Positions 12,501-25,300 of a DNA stretch of 64,000 nt are shown here, piece by piece (position 1 is the first letter of the stretch; every line of letters begins with the position of its first letter). The stretch lies in contig OZ316893.1 of NCBI GenBank assembly GCA_973895155.1, positions 21,684,955 through 21,748,954 on the forward strand, read 5' to 3'. This stretch comes from Marsupella aquatica. Taxonomy: Eukaryota > Plantae > Marchantiophyta. The notes below the pieces were generated by a model. That model worked only from the letters and a program-made list of their open reading frames with translations. It searched no databases and was not told the origin of the DNA. The position numbers were made by a program, and so were the translations under genes.

Positions 12501-14149
12501 TTGGTTGGGTTCATAGTTAGACATTTATTCAGAGACGAGTAGGAGATAAATTATGAAGCACAACATGAAAAAGGATGCAAGATTGAAGTCGATCCAGTCT
12601 ATTAGCTTCAGGTTGAAGGTAGAAGCAATTCTGAATTAGGGGGAAGCAGAATAGCACCAATATATAGATCCAACTGGCTTCTTCTTCTAGGTTACTCAAT
12701 GAGCTCATCCAAATGGGCTTTATCTTCCAGGTTGCTCCATGATCCCACATGCTCCATTCACATGATCATAGGTGGTCATGTAGGATTCATGCAACATGGC
12801 ATATGACTTTCTTACAATATTTGTGATATTTCCGTGGACTTGTCTCTCTTATTGAATTTAAGAATCGCTATATGGAGATGGGAGAACGGGGTCCATAAAC
12901 TTATGAATTGTTTATGTTTCAAAGGGCGTCCCCTAAGGCCAGTTACATCCAGGTAGAAATGAAATGACAACTTTAAAAGCTTTCATAAATTTTAGTAAAT
13001 TTACATGATTATGGGATACCAGGTTGACTGTAGTTCCAGTTCTCATAGTAACCACTTTTAGACCTGCATACTCTAGTCCAAGAGACCTTTTAAGGAAATT
13101 AAAACTAATATTGTGGGTAAACCTTACAATCAAGCTATTCCTGATGACAGCAAAGTGGGTCCATAGGGCATAACTATGACTACGGGATGACTACCCATAA
13201 ACACAAAATTTGCCTTGCACAAAGAGGAACCTGGACTGTGAGTTGTGAGGAATAAGCTTTGCATGTAATTGCATGTAAAGCACAAGAAAGAAGAGAAAAC
13301 AGGCTAGGTCGTATAGGAAGCAAGTTCATATTAATACCAACTAAAGGTTTGGAGAAGATATATGTGGTGATATATTGCCTTTAGGCTTGGAGAAAAGGTG
13401 TAATGTACAAGATTTGGGTGAGAGGAGTAAGATTCAAAGTGGTATCCTATCAATGTAAGGCACAAGATTTGAATGAATGGGTGAGACACAAGATTTGGCA
13501 TTGAATTACCAATCACAAAATACAGTAAAGCACAACATAAAACAATTGTATGAGAAAGAAAACATTGAGAAAAGGCCTAAAGTATGCATGGTAACCCATT
13601 CCCCATGGGAAAAATGGGCTTTAAGAGAGTCTTCACCGGTGGGTGTATTTATTCCCTTAACCACCAAACACAACAATAGCCTGGTCAACAGCCATTAAAA
13701 AATGGGGGTCAAATGTCCCACCAGCTCCCTATACTAGTTCACCTTTTCAGCCCCCAAAGTGACTGTGCATTTGCCTCCCACTTGACACTCTTGAGATGGA
13801 CCACTCTGTATCCAAACATGGCCAGTTTGAACTCAGGTTTTGGAAATGAAGGTTAACTGCCCGCAGGGGTGGAAGGGAGGGGGGGGGGGGGGGGGGGGGA
13901 AGAAGGGGGTGAGACAGGCAAGGAATGGGTGAGGATCAAGTGCAGCCTGGGGAGTGGGGCTATTTTGCAGACCACAACTCTCCCTGCACTGCTGATGGGT
14001 GGAGGTGCTCTAACCCTCTTGCCCATTTCCCCCTCCTCCCTCACGGGGATAGGTTATCCTATGGCCGATTCCTTCTCCAGCCCCGCCCATGCCCCCCTCA
14101 CAGCACCATATGTGTTTGCTTGATTGTTTGAATCTGGGCATCTTTCAGT

Positions 14150-14812
14150 AGGTTGGGGTCTATGGACCTGCTGAGGTGGGGGTACATCCCTCCTGCTGGG
14201 TGTTGGTTTCCATTGGTGTGCTGTAGTGCATGAGGGTATATGTGGTTCCATGGCCCTGCTGCGGGGGTCCATCCCTCTAGTCGGGGGTTGGGTCTCATTG
14301 GCCTAGTAAAGTGAGGATATATGTTGGGCTCATGCAGAAATGGGCACATCCCTCCAGGCAGGGATAGGGTTCCATTGGCTGGCGGCTGTGAGGGTACATT
14401 GGATTTTAAGGGCCTGCTACAGTATGAGGTTCCCATCCCCCCAGTCGGGAGTCAGGGTTCCATTGGTCTCCTGCGGTGAGGATATATTGTGGGTATGGGG
14501 TACTTCCCTCCCATCAGGAATCGGGTTTCATTTGCTGTGGTATGGGGCTACATGGGGGATTAGGATTCAGTGCCCTACTGGGGGTGAGGAAGTTACACTG
14601 GGTTGCACGGGCCTGCTGCGGCATGGGGGTACATCCCTCCACTGGGAGCCTCTGGTTTCCCATCAGGAATTGGGTTTCATTTGCTCTGTATCCCCATGGA
14701 TCCAGCTGGGGATTGGGATTCAGTGCCCTACTGGGGGTGAGGAGGGTACACGGGGTTGCATGGGCCTGCTGCGGTATGGGGGTACATCCCTCCAGTGGGA
14801 GCCTCGGGTTCC
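14150..14812. repeat. GC-rich degenerate tandem repeat (~150-bp higher-order unit)
   Basis: GGGTACATCCCTCC variants near 14180, 14342, 14497, 14626 and 14779. GGATTCAGTGCCCTACTGGGGGTGAGGA is repeated 153 bp apart. Confidence 0.75.
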
Positions 14813-15419
14813 GTGACGAAGGTTGAAGAGCGTGGAGGTGGGCGAAGAAGTCTCAGGAGGGATTAGGGGAATGGGGATTGCGGCTACCCGAAAACGGTGG
14901 AAACAGAAAAACAGCAAGCAAAGCAAGGCAATGCAAGGACAGTCCTTCCCAGCTTCCCTGTGCTGTAAGCAACAGATTACAGATGAGTAGCACCGCCAAA
15001 AGCAAAAATGCTGCTGCGGACCACAATGGCGATGGTGATGGGTGATGGAGACGAAGTAATAATGAACAACAGCAACAGCGACAACAACGAGTTGAAAGGA
15101 ACTTTCTGAACTACTACACTGGTGCTAGTCCTGGTTCTTCATGACTGTGCAAACAGTGGGCACTTTGTGGACGCAACGAGAGTGCCGTGATCATCATCAG
15201 CCTTGACTGACTCACGAGCCTACACGAGAGTAGATGAGGGACACGAGACCCATCCAGGCCAGCGATCGAGCGAGCTAGCTGCCGGAGCTGCTGGAGCAAA
15301 ACTTACTAACTGCTGTTTTTGCTGTAATCTGAGCTCAGCTGAAGAACTGGATGAGCTGAATGAATGGAATGAGCTGAATGAGCTTCACACGAGTGACAGA
15401 GGGAACGCAGTACAGTTGC

Positions 15420-15433
15420 ATTCGCGCGGCAAA
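15420..15433. promoter_or_regulatory. Overlapping bidirectional E2F-binding site upstream of RBR
   Basis: ATTCGCGCGGCAAA: ATTCGCGC matches WTTSSCSS on the plus strand and TTTGCCGC matches TTTSSCGS on the minus strand. It lies ~870 bp before the RBR ATG. Confidence 0.55.
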
Positions 15434-16096
15434 GGAAAGTCGTCGGGGCAGGACGGAAGAACAGGCAGGCAAGAAGCGCATTAGTGAATTGGTAAGTGGG
15501 TAAGTGAGTGAGTGAGTGCAAGTTCTGAAGCAGCAGCAGCTGGATTGATTGAAATGGTTGAGGAAAGGTCGTCCGGGTGGAGGATGTGAGGCGGTAGTGG
15601 TGGTGATGTGGTGGTGATGCCGTGGGTGAGGAAGGGGACTACGACGACGTTGGAGATTTGGGCGGGCAGGCAGCAGGCAGGCAGGCAGCAGCGGAGGAGG
15701 AAGAGCTTCTGGTCTTGTGTGGTGTGTCTAGTTGTCTAGTGTAGAGGGTGGGGGGGGGGAAGGGGGGTGGAGATTATTTCTTGATCCTGGAAACTGAATT
15801 CGGTCTGGTCTTGGTTTTTTGCTCCGCAGTTTTGGAGGGAGAGAACAGAGGAAGGGAGATCTTGGGCGTGGGTGTGGGTGGAGGGAAATAATGAAAGCGA
15901 TGGCAAGAGAATTGGGGAACACATGAATTGGGACAGCCTACTCGTTGGCCTTGGTCTGGGGGAAGAGGAGGAGGGATCAATAGCACTTGGCAGCAGGGGT
16001 CTAACGGCGTGGATCCCAACTGGTAGGGGCAAATCTGGTCCGGATGTCTTGAGGTGCCAAAGTGGAGAAGTGAGAGCTCTTCGGAGGACAAGAGGA

Positions 16097-16381
16097 AGCA
16101 CTCTAGTTACCCACCAGTGCATGAGCCGACGTAGTAGCTCCAGTCAACAATGGAAGAGATTGAGAAGAGTGAGAAGAGCGAGCAGTCCAACCTTGAGGGG
16201 CAGACGGTAGGAGCAGCAGCAGCAGCAGCAGGAGGAGGAGGAGGAGCACTCTAGTTACCCACCAGTGCATGAGCCGACGTAGTAGCTCCAGTTTATAATG
16301 GAAGAGATTGAGAAGAGTGAGAAAAGCGAGCAGTCCAACCTTGAGGGGCAGACGGTAGCAGCAGCAGCAGCAGCAGGAGGA
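16097..16381 (+). repeat. 148-bp tandem duplication spanning the RBR start codon
   Basis: AGCACTCTAGTTACCCACCAGTGCATGAGCC...ATGGAAGAGATTGAGAAG...(GCA)n(GGA)n starts at 16097 and again at 16245, near-identical. Confidence 0.95.
16150..16254 (+). other. Upstream ORF (34 aa) duplicating the RBR N-terminus
   Basis: [34 protein letters not shown], start context ACAATGG, out of frame with the main ATG (offset 148). Whether it is transcribed or translated is unknown. Confidence 0.6.
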
Positions 16382-19300
16382 GTAGCAGATAGCGGTGGTG
16401 CAATGGAGATTGACAAGAAACCCAGTACCCAGTACTTCGAAGGGTTGGAAACCAGATTTGCGCAACGTTGTGAGGTTGGTACTCCGCTCATCGGGCAGGG
16501 GACTCTCATTTGGTTGCACTTCCTGTGACACTCTGTGCATTTTGGTGTAAATCCGTCTTCTGGGCGGTCACAAGGAGGGTCTCGAGCAGTCGACAATAGT
16601 TTCTAGCTTCCATTTCTTATGTCACCTCTCAAGCCTCCTTAATAGTCGGATGCACTCAATGTTATGTTTGACCATAGGAAGTTCATGTGCTCAAGCATAT
16701 GCTCATTATGCTCTCCAGATCAGCCGATTGATCCAGCAATAGTTCCATGACACGACCCAACATGTGAGTTTCCAGTGTTGAGGCTCAGGGGGTCCCAAGT
16801 TTGAGCAGAGGAATTTGGTGTGTTTGTGTTGGGCAGCTAGGCCCGACAGCTATCTGTGTCTCCCTTGAGCTGCGAGGCAGGTTTATTATGGTGGTCAGAC
16901 AGCCCAGGTGATGTGTCTCTCGAGCTGTGGTCATGGTCGGCAACGCTGATCTTCGTCAGATCGGGAGGGTATTCTTGTATTTCTGTATTGGGAGAGATTT
17001 TGGTTGGCTCAGAGCTTTCATCTCTTTATTGGCAGGTGGACCTCTGTTTGGACCAGAAGACATCAGCACAAGCTCGACAGCTGTTCAAGGAGAACAAGCC
17101 GCTTCTAATGTCTAGCATTGGGACCATAGGAACTGGCACTGTAAGTGATTAAATTTCCATCACCAGCCGGGGCTCCTCTCGAACGCCGGCTGGCTATTTT
17201 CATGATTGCTCACCGATCTGCCTCAGGAACAATCCATTCCTGCTTCCTGTTGGCAGGTCGGAGCACTTGTACGGACGTGCGGTGGTTGCTCTTGTGGACT
17301 CGGAAGGGAGACTACCGAGTTGACTGATTGAAGGGCGCTGCACGCACGCCGGATTGTTGAAGCAAGTTATTGATTTCCCTCTCTCTCTTTTCTGGCGCCT
17401 TGTCTGGCTGTGAAGTCCGGTCCTGCATTTCAAAGCTCACCAGGGATGTTTGGGGTGTGTGGGAATCTCAGGTGGAAGAGGCAGAGCGTCTGTGGAGCGC
17501 TTGCGTTCTGTTTGCCGTAAAGAGGTTGGCGAACGGTACATCTACCGAAGATGACAAAATGGAAGACAACCCTCTCGTGGGATTTACACTATCTCAGATC
17601 TTGAATGTGAACAAACTCAGGTGGGTGCTAATGCATAGCGGGCGTATCACCCCTCACTTCGTGTCATGACCATTTTGACGCCTAAGGTACCGGAAGTTTG
17701 TCTCCTGTTCTGACAATTTTCTCCCTTGTTCTGTCGATGAGCGTTACAGTCTACTAGAGTTTTTCAAGGAAGTTCCGCAAGTCTTGGTGAAAGCCGCTCC
17801 TAAGCTGAAAGCCACGTATGGTGACGACTGGGAGAAACGTTTAATGGTGAGTTGGCCGATCTGAGCATGCTACACAAGACAAAATATTTTCACTATAGAA
17901 GAAATGCTCAGTCTTGCTGTGTAGTGAAGGACGAAAGACCAGACCTTTTACTTTTATTTTGAGCTTTGTTTTGGCATCTCGTCTGATTCAGATTAAGGAG
18001 GTTCAGGCCGACTTTTACTACCTGACAGTATTATTCAAGTAAGTCACCTATTCATTAGCAAATTTACTCATCACTCTTGCCTCGCTACTTCCTATCATGA
18101 GGGGGAAACAATTTATTTGATGGTGCTTAATATTTTTAGAATTTTGGGTCGGATCAGCTTGTAACGCCATGCCATATCACACCTCCAGTGTGCAGTTTGA
18201 GAGGGAATTGTTCCAGCACATGTTGTTCATGACTTGGATCCCTGGGTCTGGCAGTTACTACAGGCGAGTATATCAAAATTTGTTCTCGTCAGTGGAAGAA
18301 TCTCGTGCTTCGACGAGTGGATTGTGTTCCGGGACAAATGGAGGGTTAGGTCCTTCGGTCCACATGCGGTTCGGATGGATGCTTTTCCTTGTGCTGCGGA
18401 TGCGCGTCCTCGGTCGGTTCGTTGATTTGGTCACCTACATCAACGGACTTCTGGCTGTTGTTGTATGAAAATTTCCCACCAGCTTGTGCAGTTTTCTGTT
18501 GTTGTTGCCTTCATTCTTTTCACCCATTTACTCGGTTATGGACTGATTGAGTTACATGAAGAGACTAATTGCTTAATTTTGGGACTTTTCAGTATGCACT
18601 CCGAAATTTATGTTCTACCACTTTGTCTAACTGTTGTTAAAATTTCGTCGTCTTCTTCTAAGCTTGCCCACTATCTTATGAACTGAAACTGTAATTGTGA
18701 TGAGATTGAGCTGTCCGCTATATCACTGATGTGTTTGTCCACGTCAATGTAACAAATGAGCTATTTCCTGTGCGTGCTTTGTGAATTTGATGTTAATGGT
18801 TTTTCTTCTGCAGATCATCTTGATTCTGCACATGCCACCTTCTCTGAGGAAATTTAGTTTTGAAGATGAATTGTTCTTCAGTAAGTCACTGAGTTTTTTC
18901 TATGTGCCAGTGTCGAAGAGGAATAGAATTTAAGTTCTGTTCGTGCCTCATGACAGTTTACATCTACTTGGTCATGGTTGCTGGTGTAAAGTGTTTATAA
19001 GGATTTGGCTTGTCTTGAAAGCAGAAGTTAGAGGAGCAGATGGAAATGTCAAGATCATAGCCTCGCTATGTGCCCTTTATTATGATGCGTCTGAAGAAGA
19101 TGTATCTAAGATGGTGGAGAAGGCCAGCAACATGATTGGGGATTTGTTCAGGAAGAGCAGCGGCTTTAGGACTCGCAGCCATGCCGAGCAACTAGGTGGC
19201 ATTGATATAGGTTAGTTTTTACAGGCCTTATTCTCTGCTTGGACGCTTTCTTATGGACACATCTTCATGTATCCATGACGATTAGATCTTCAGAAAGTTG

Positions 19301-22300
19301 TGAACAACGCATATCCATGTGTACTCTACGGGCTCGTCTTGGTTTATAATTTACTGTAACGGTACCGATGTTGAGGGGACCACACATATATCTGTCCATG
19401 GGTATTGAATGCTTGAGTGCATTGAAGTGGTGGAAGCTCTGAGGTTTGGAGTTGGGACTTTTGTCTTTACTGTTGTCTAAGTTCAGACATATTTGAATTG
19501 CAGAGGGGCTGCAATATTTTGAGGGCCTGATGGATGAGCGGTCCATCACATCCAATCTAAGAATTGTGGAGAAGGATTACGAGGAAGCTTATCATAGCCG
19601 AGGAGAAGTGGACGAACGAATGTTTATCAATGGCGATGAGAACGTGATTGTACCTCTCTCGAGTGGTGGCACACCAACAAGCTCCGGCGTCAAGGCATGA
19701 TTGCTAAACCTCCTGACATTTAAGTCGGATCAAGTTGACGACCTAAGACCTCCCATTCTCTGGGATATGCCGTTTCCCCTTCCTTCTGGCACCTTTGCCG
19801 TGGGGCTCTCAACCCAAACTACGGGATTGGTGGAGATAAAAAAGAATCGCTAGATAATCTCTTCTTTTAAATCTCTACGTCGTCAATGTAGCGCAAATCT
19901 ACTGTTACCTCTTGTTCACCCGATACTGACTTGTATGAGCTTTGCGTGTTCTTGTAATCTTCAGTGTTGTAGGAGATTATATCTTTCTGTCATCGGAAGA
20001 TGGATCATCCATTTGATGTTCTTAACTTTTTGACTTGCAGCGCAAATATGACACACTCTCCTCTCCCAGCCAAGCAGCCACGGTGTCAACAGGAGCTTGT
20101 CCATCTTCACCATCTTCCCCGTTCTCATCTCCTGCTAAATCAAACTCAGGTATTACAAATAGCAGGATGCCACCGCCGACACCTGTGAGTGTGACCATGT
20201 CAACAGTTAAATGGCTCCGAACATATATATCCCCTCTAGCTCCGGAACCTTCACCTGAGCTCCGGAAATATTTCGGGGCGTGCGACCGTGACATCTCTGC
20301 TGAAGTGACCTTTAGGGCAAAATATTTGTTTGAAGCAATATTTTCAGTTGATGAGGCAAGCAAATCCAGAGCCAGTCAAGGCACCGCCTTGCTAGATAGT
20401 GCATGGGTGGAACAACGGCGACTGGAAGCAACAAAATTGTACTACAGGGTATTGACAGCAATGTGCAGGGCTGAATCTCAGCGGCTAGCTAACAAAAATC
20501 TAACCGCTCTTCTCATCAATGATGGATTTCATCGCTGTATGATTGCTTGCTCAGCAGAGCTAGTACTCTATACGCACAAAACTGTTACTATGACATTTCC
20601 AGCAGTTTTGGAGCCTACCAAGATCACTGCCTTTGACTTGAGCAAAGTCATAGAAAGTTTTGTTAGACATGAAGAGACGTTGCCCAGAGAGCTTAAGCGG
20701 CATCTAAACTCGATGGAGCAGCAAATTTTGGAGAGCATGGCCTGGGAGAAAGGGTCATCAATGTATAACTCTTTGATCGTGGCTAAGCCGAACCTGGCAC
20801 ATGATATAAACCAGCTGGGCCTTATGGCTGATCCTTTGCCGTCACTGGACAATCTCACTCAACATATGCTTCAATTGTCTGGAAGTGCTCTACGTGAGCC
20901 TGATGGTGCTGCGGGTGAGCTCTCTCCCTACATTGTGATAATGAATTTACTGGTTAGGAGCAGCATTGTTAAAGAGGGATTTTCTAGTATTTGCTAGTTA
21001 CCTTTTTGAGGTTCGCTTTTAGTTGACGGAAAGATGCCACGTGATTTATGACGTTTCACACCTTGTTAAGCTCTATCTTCCTCCCCGCTAGATTCTTTCA
21101 TGTTTGCCTTTCGTATGAGAGCATCGATCACTGATAGCGTGATCCACTCGAGAGATCTAGATCGCTCCATGTAGCATTGCTATGAAACACAGAGCTCCCT
21201 ATTCGGAAATTAAAAGTTCAACATATTTGAAATTCCAGATTTGCTATGCTCATCGGGAATACGTTCTGAAAAAATAATTTTGAGCTCGGAAATTCCTTGC
21301 AATTGCACGATGGTATCCACATCGAACAACTCCGTATTGAGCTGACGGTTTTCTGTGGACTGTAGAAGGCTCAGCTACACCATCACCTCCGCCAAAAGCA
21401 GCCACATCACCCAGTCGTGTGAATACATCCGGACATATAAATGGGGTTGGCGATCAAGCTGCGAATTTATTATCTACTGTAAAAGAACGTCCTTCTGCTT
21501 TCTCTGCATTCACCTCCCCAGTTAAAAGTCGACCACCGCCTCCTCTGCAGTCTGTATTTGCCAGGTACGTTTAGTTTCCTCGGTACATGTTCGTGACCTC
21601 AGCAACGATGTCCAAGTTTGTTTGCTTTTGATGGCGCAGCGTCTTTTCAACGGGTTCCACACAACTGAGAGTGGCAATTTGCTGTGTCAATGATGCAGCC
21701 CTCAAAAACCAGGGCCCCTTGGTGGCGGTGAGACTTGTGCGGAGACTGTGATTAATGTTTTTCTCCTGAAGGTATGTATGCTTTAAGGTTTTTCCAGAGA
21801 TTTGATGCGCGGTGTAAATTGGCGCAAGCTTTTGGATGCGCAGTGTAGATTGGCTGAGCTCGGAACGTCAATGGTTGAAATTGTCCGTTGGGTATTATTC
21901 GCAGGTACTTAAGTTGGCTGCAGTAAGAACAAAGGATTTATGTGAAAGACTGCATCAACCCAACCAGGTCTGGGAGCAGGTCTATCGGACTATGAAGCAC
22001 TTAGTCGAGAAGGAGACAATTTTGTTTTTTAATCGACATATTGATCAGATGATCCTTTGCACCATCTATGGTGTCTGCAGGGTAAGGCAATTGGAAAAGG
22101 CCTAGTCTTCCCAAGTTGTCCTTTTTTGGCCATGCTGTGCATGATTTCTTTTCCCTTTGCTACGCTTCTGCAAATCGAGCTGCAATTCAACAGTTGTTTA
22201 CCAGCTGCACGGGATGGAGATAGCAGTGGATCCATGAAAGTTTACGTTGCTTATCATTGTGTGGGGTCGCTGTACTTCATTGTTATGAAAGTTCCAATTT

Positions 22301-25300
22301 AAGAATCTGTCCTTTAGGTTACGATCAATCTGAAAATGGAGTTGATCCGCTGAGATGTGGACGCTTGTTTGTGTGCAGGTCAACAAGGCTAATGTGACTT
22401 TCAAGAAATGTATAGAACACTATAATAAACAACCTCAATGCAAGAGACAAGTCTTCTGCAATGTCTTGCTTGATTTATCACCAGTGAAGAGTGAAGGGGT
22501 AATTGTCTGCCTTGACTTGATTCATTCTGGTCAATCTCGTACCTTTTGGTTTTACAAGTATATTGATCGTCCTGTTTTTTCTAGTGTGTTCGACTACTTC
22601 TTCGACTTGTGATGTGTTTCTCATCTCAATTGGTGTTCTGCATAACAGAAAACAAGAACGCAAGAGGTAGGAGACATTATTAAGTTCTACAATCAAATAT
22701 TCGTACCAGCGGCAAAGCAGTATTTGGTTCAGCTGGTTCCCATACCTGCTCCCTCGAACGCCCGTCCCGGAGACGATGACAAACATGACAAAGACGGTAA
22801 GATTCAAGTTGTGAGTAGCTAGTATTGAGCAGCAGGAGATATTTTGCCACTTTTTCGCTTCTAAATGCCAAGACAGAAAGAGTTGAGAGAGCACCCACGG
22901 GCTATAGATAACAACAGTAGATCTAATGTACATTCGATTTTTCCAAGATGAGTTGCCCTTGCCGGTAGAGTGGTACTTGCAGATTAGCAGCTGAGAAGAA
23001 GCGCCCCGGGGCTATAGATACAACAGTTGATTGAATGTACATCTGATTTCTCCAACATGAGCTGCCGTTGCCGGTAGAGTAGTACTTGCAGATTAGCTGC
23101 TGAGAGAGAACGCCCCGGGGCTACAGATAACAACCGCAGAGTGAATGTAGATTCGATTTCTCCAACATGAGCTGCCGTTGCCGGTAGAGTAGTACTTGCA
23201 GATTAGCAGCTGAGAGAGAACGCCCACGGGGTATAGACTGCAACAGCAGATTGAATATATATTCGATTTCTCCAATAGGAGCTACCGTTGCAGGTAGAGT
23301 ACTTGCAGATTAGCAGCTGAGAGAGAACGCCCACTAGCAATAGATAGCAATAGCAGATTGAATGTACATTCGATTTTTCCAACAGGAGCTGCCGTTGCCG
23401 GTAGAGTAGTACTTGCCGATCAGCTGTTGAGGGAGAACGCCCACTGGCAGATTAGCAGCTGAGAGAGAACGCCCACTAGCAATAGATAGCAACAGCAGAT
23501 CAAATGTAGATTCGATTCTCCAACAGGAGCTGCCGTTGCCGGTCCACGGGCTATATAGCAAATTGAATGTAAATTCTATTTCTCCAACAGGGGCTGCCGT
23601 TGCCCGAAGAGTATTAATTGCAGATTACCAGTAGCAGCTGAGAGAGGGGGCCCACTGGCTATGGATACCACAACACAGAGGAGCTGCCGTTGCCGGTAGA
23701 GAGTACTTGCAGATTAGCATTAGTAGCTGAGAGAGAAGAAGGCCCACGGGCTATGTAGTAGAGATATGACACAGCAGATTCAATGTCCAGCTCGTTTGGG
23801 GTTTAAGGGTGTTTAGCAAAGACTCTAAAGCCCATCCTCGGAGGCACTTGAGAGTGCTGGAACTGAGGGCTAATGGAACCTTACCGCGTTGAAAGACGAG
23901 GTGACGAGAAGATACGCAACCCCATATCTTCCCTACACTCGGCACGCCCTCGAACCCCCGACCATGAAGGTGTTAACCCCCACGGCCTGCCCATCTAGAG
24001 CGGCAAGTTCTGCAGTTCCGATAAGGGATTGTGAGCATAAACGTGATGCACCGGTTTGTGAGAATCTGTGATGATTTTTTCCGGTTTGCTTTGGAAAATT
24101 CTTCTAAGTAATGTGTGCTTTGTGCAGGTTCTGGGCCAGGATCACCAAAGCCTTCTATTCCGGCTGTTCCTGACATGTCCCCGAAGAAAGTGTCTGCCTC
24201 TCACAATGTTTATGTGTCTCCCCTTCGATCAACAAAGGTACGTTTCTACGCTTCATAGCAGTGCGTCTTTCTGGTGGAAAAATTATTCAAACAAATCGTA
24301 CTAAAGAAACAACTGGAGGTGAAACGGACGGTGGTCTACCAAAGTGATATTCTAATCAGGACCCATGTAAGGCTTGTAAGTAACCTTTTACCGGTAGTAA
24401 CCGCTAAAGATGACGGACCAACAATTCGCAGTACAGCATGTTTGCAAAGTGAAGTCTCCATCAACTTGCCTGCCGTCATGATGTGATAGTAACACAGGGT
24501 CTCCTGAGAAAGCTCACTAGGAATCGTGAATTGCTAAGAGAAGTATATCGGCAGTGCTAAGTAGATGACACTGAAATTTGTATCCTGTACTGATGGAAAC
24601 CTACTCCAGAACAGTTTATAGAAGCGAACCCTATTACTGCTTGGCCGCCAAGATGCGCGTACGTTTTTTGTCATTCAAGGAAGTGCTCAATGAAGGGGTC
24701 TACTCTTTTTTTTGATCGACGACTATCAGACCTGAAGACTTTCATCACTGGCTAGGTTGTGTTCGCGATGAAGTATGGAAGGCACACTTCACGGTGTTTA
24801 AGTTGAATATTCCCTAACAAGAGCAAGATATGCAGCTTGCCTGCTATCACAAGACAAGTTAAGGCCAATGTCCTAATGGGATATTACGTTGATGAACTAC
24901 TTCTGATCAAAGCAGACAAGCAGGGACAAAAGGGTTGGACGCCTTGGTCCTGGCGTCTATTCATGAACCTGTTGGAGCTAACAAGAATCATGATGTATCC
25001 CAGCATATTATGATGGTGAACTTTATGAGGCAGAAAATGCCTCAACAAGAATCAGTATGAATCTCATTATGCCGCGATGCAACAGCAGGCACTTAACAAT
25101 GAGTATACATGAATCTCAGTACTTTTTGATGCTAAACACGATGAACTAGAAACATATGAAAAGGAAGAAAACACCCCTTCAAAGCAAGGATTTGGAAGAC
25201 GCTGGAATTTCGAAGGTGCATGATTCTGAACAAGTTTCTTCGGTTGCAGATGGATACAATTATGTCACCTCACACTCGGAGTCTATATGCGTGTGTGGGT

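Noticed and set aside
16103-16540. 145-aa antisense ORF with a poly-Leu run over the RBR start
   Set aside because: Explained by the reverse complement of the GCA/GGA triplets and the duplication.
24238-25249. Possible C/D snoRNAs or a decayed ORF in RBR intron 16
   Set aside because: TGATG and CTGA words lack terminal stems or a recognisable rRNA guide; the reading frames are short and have no motif.
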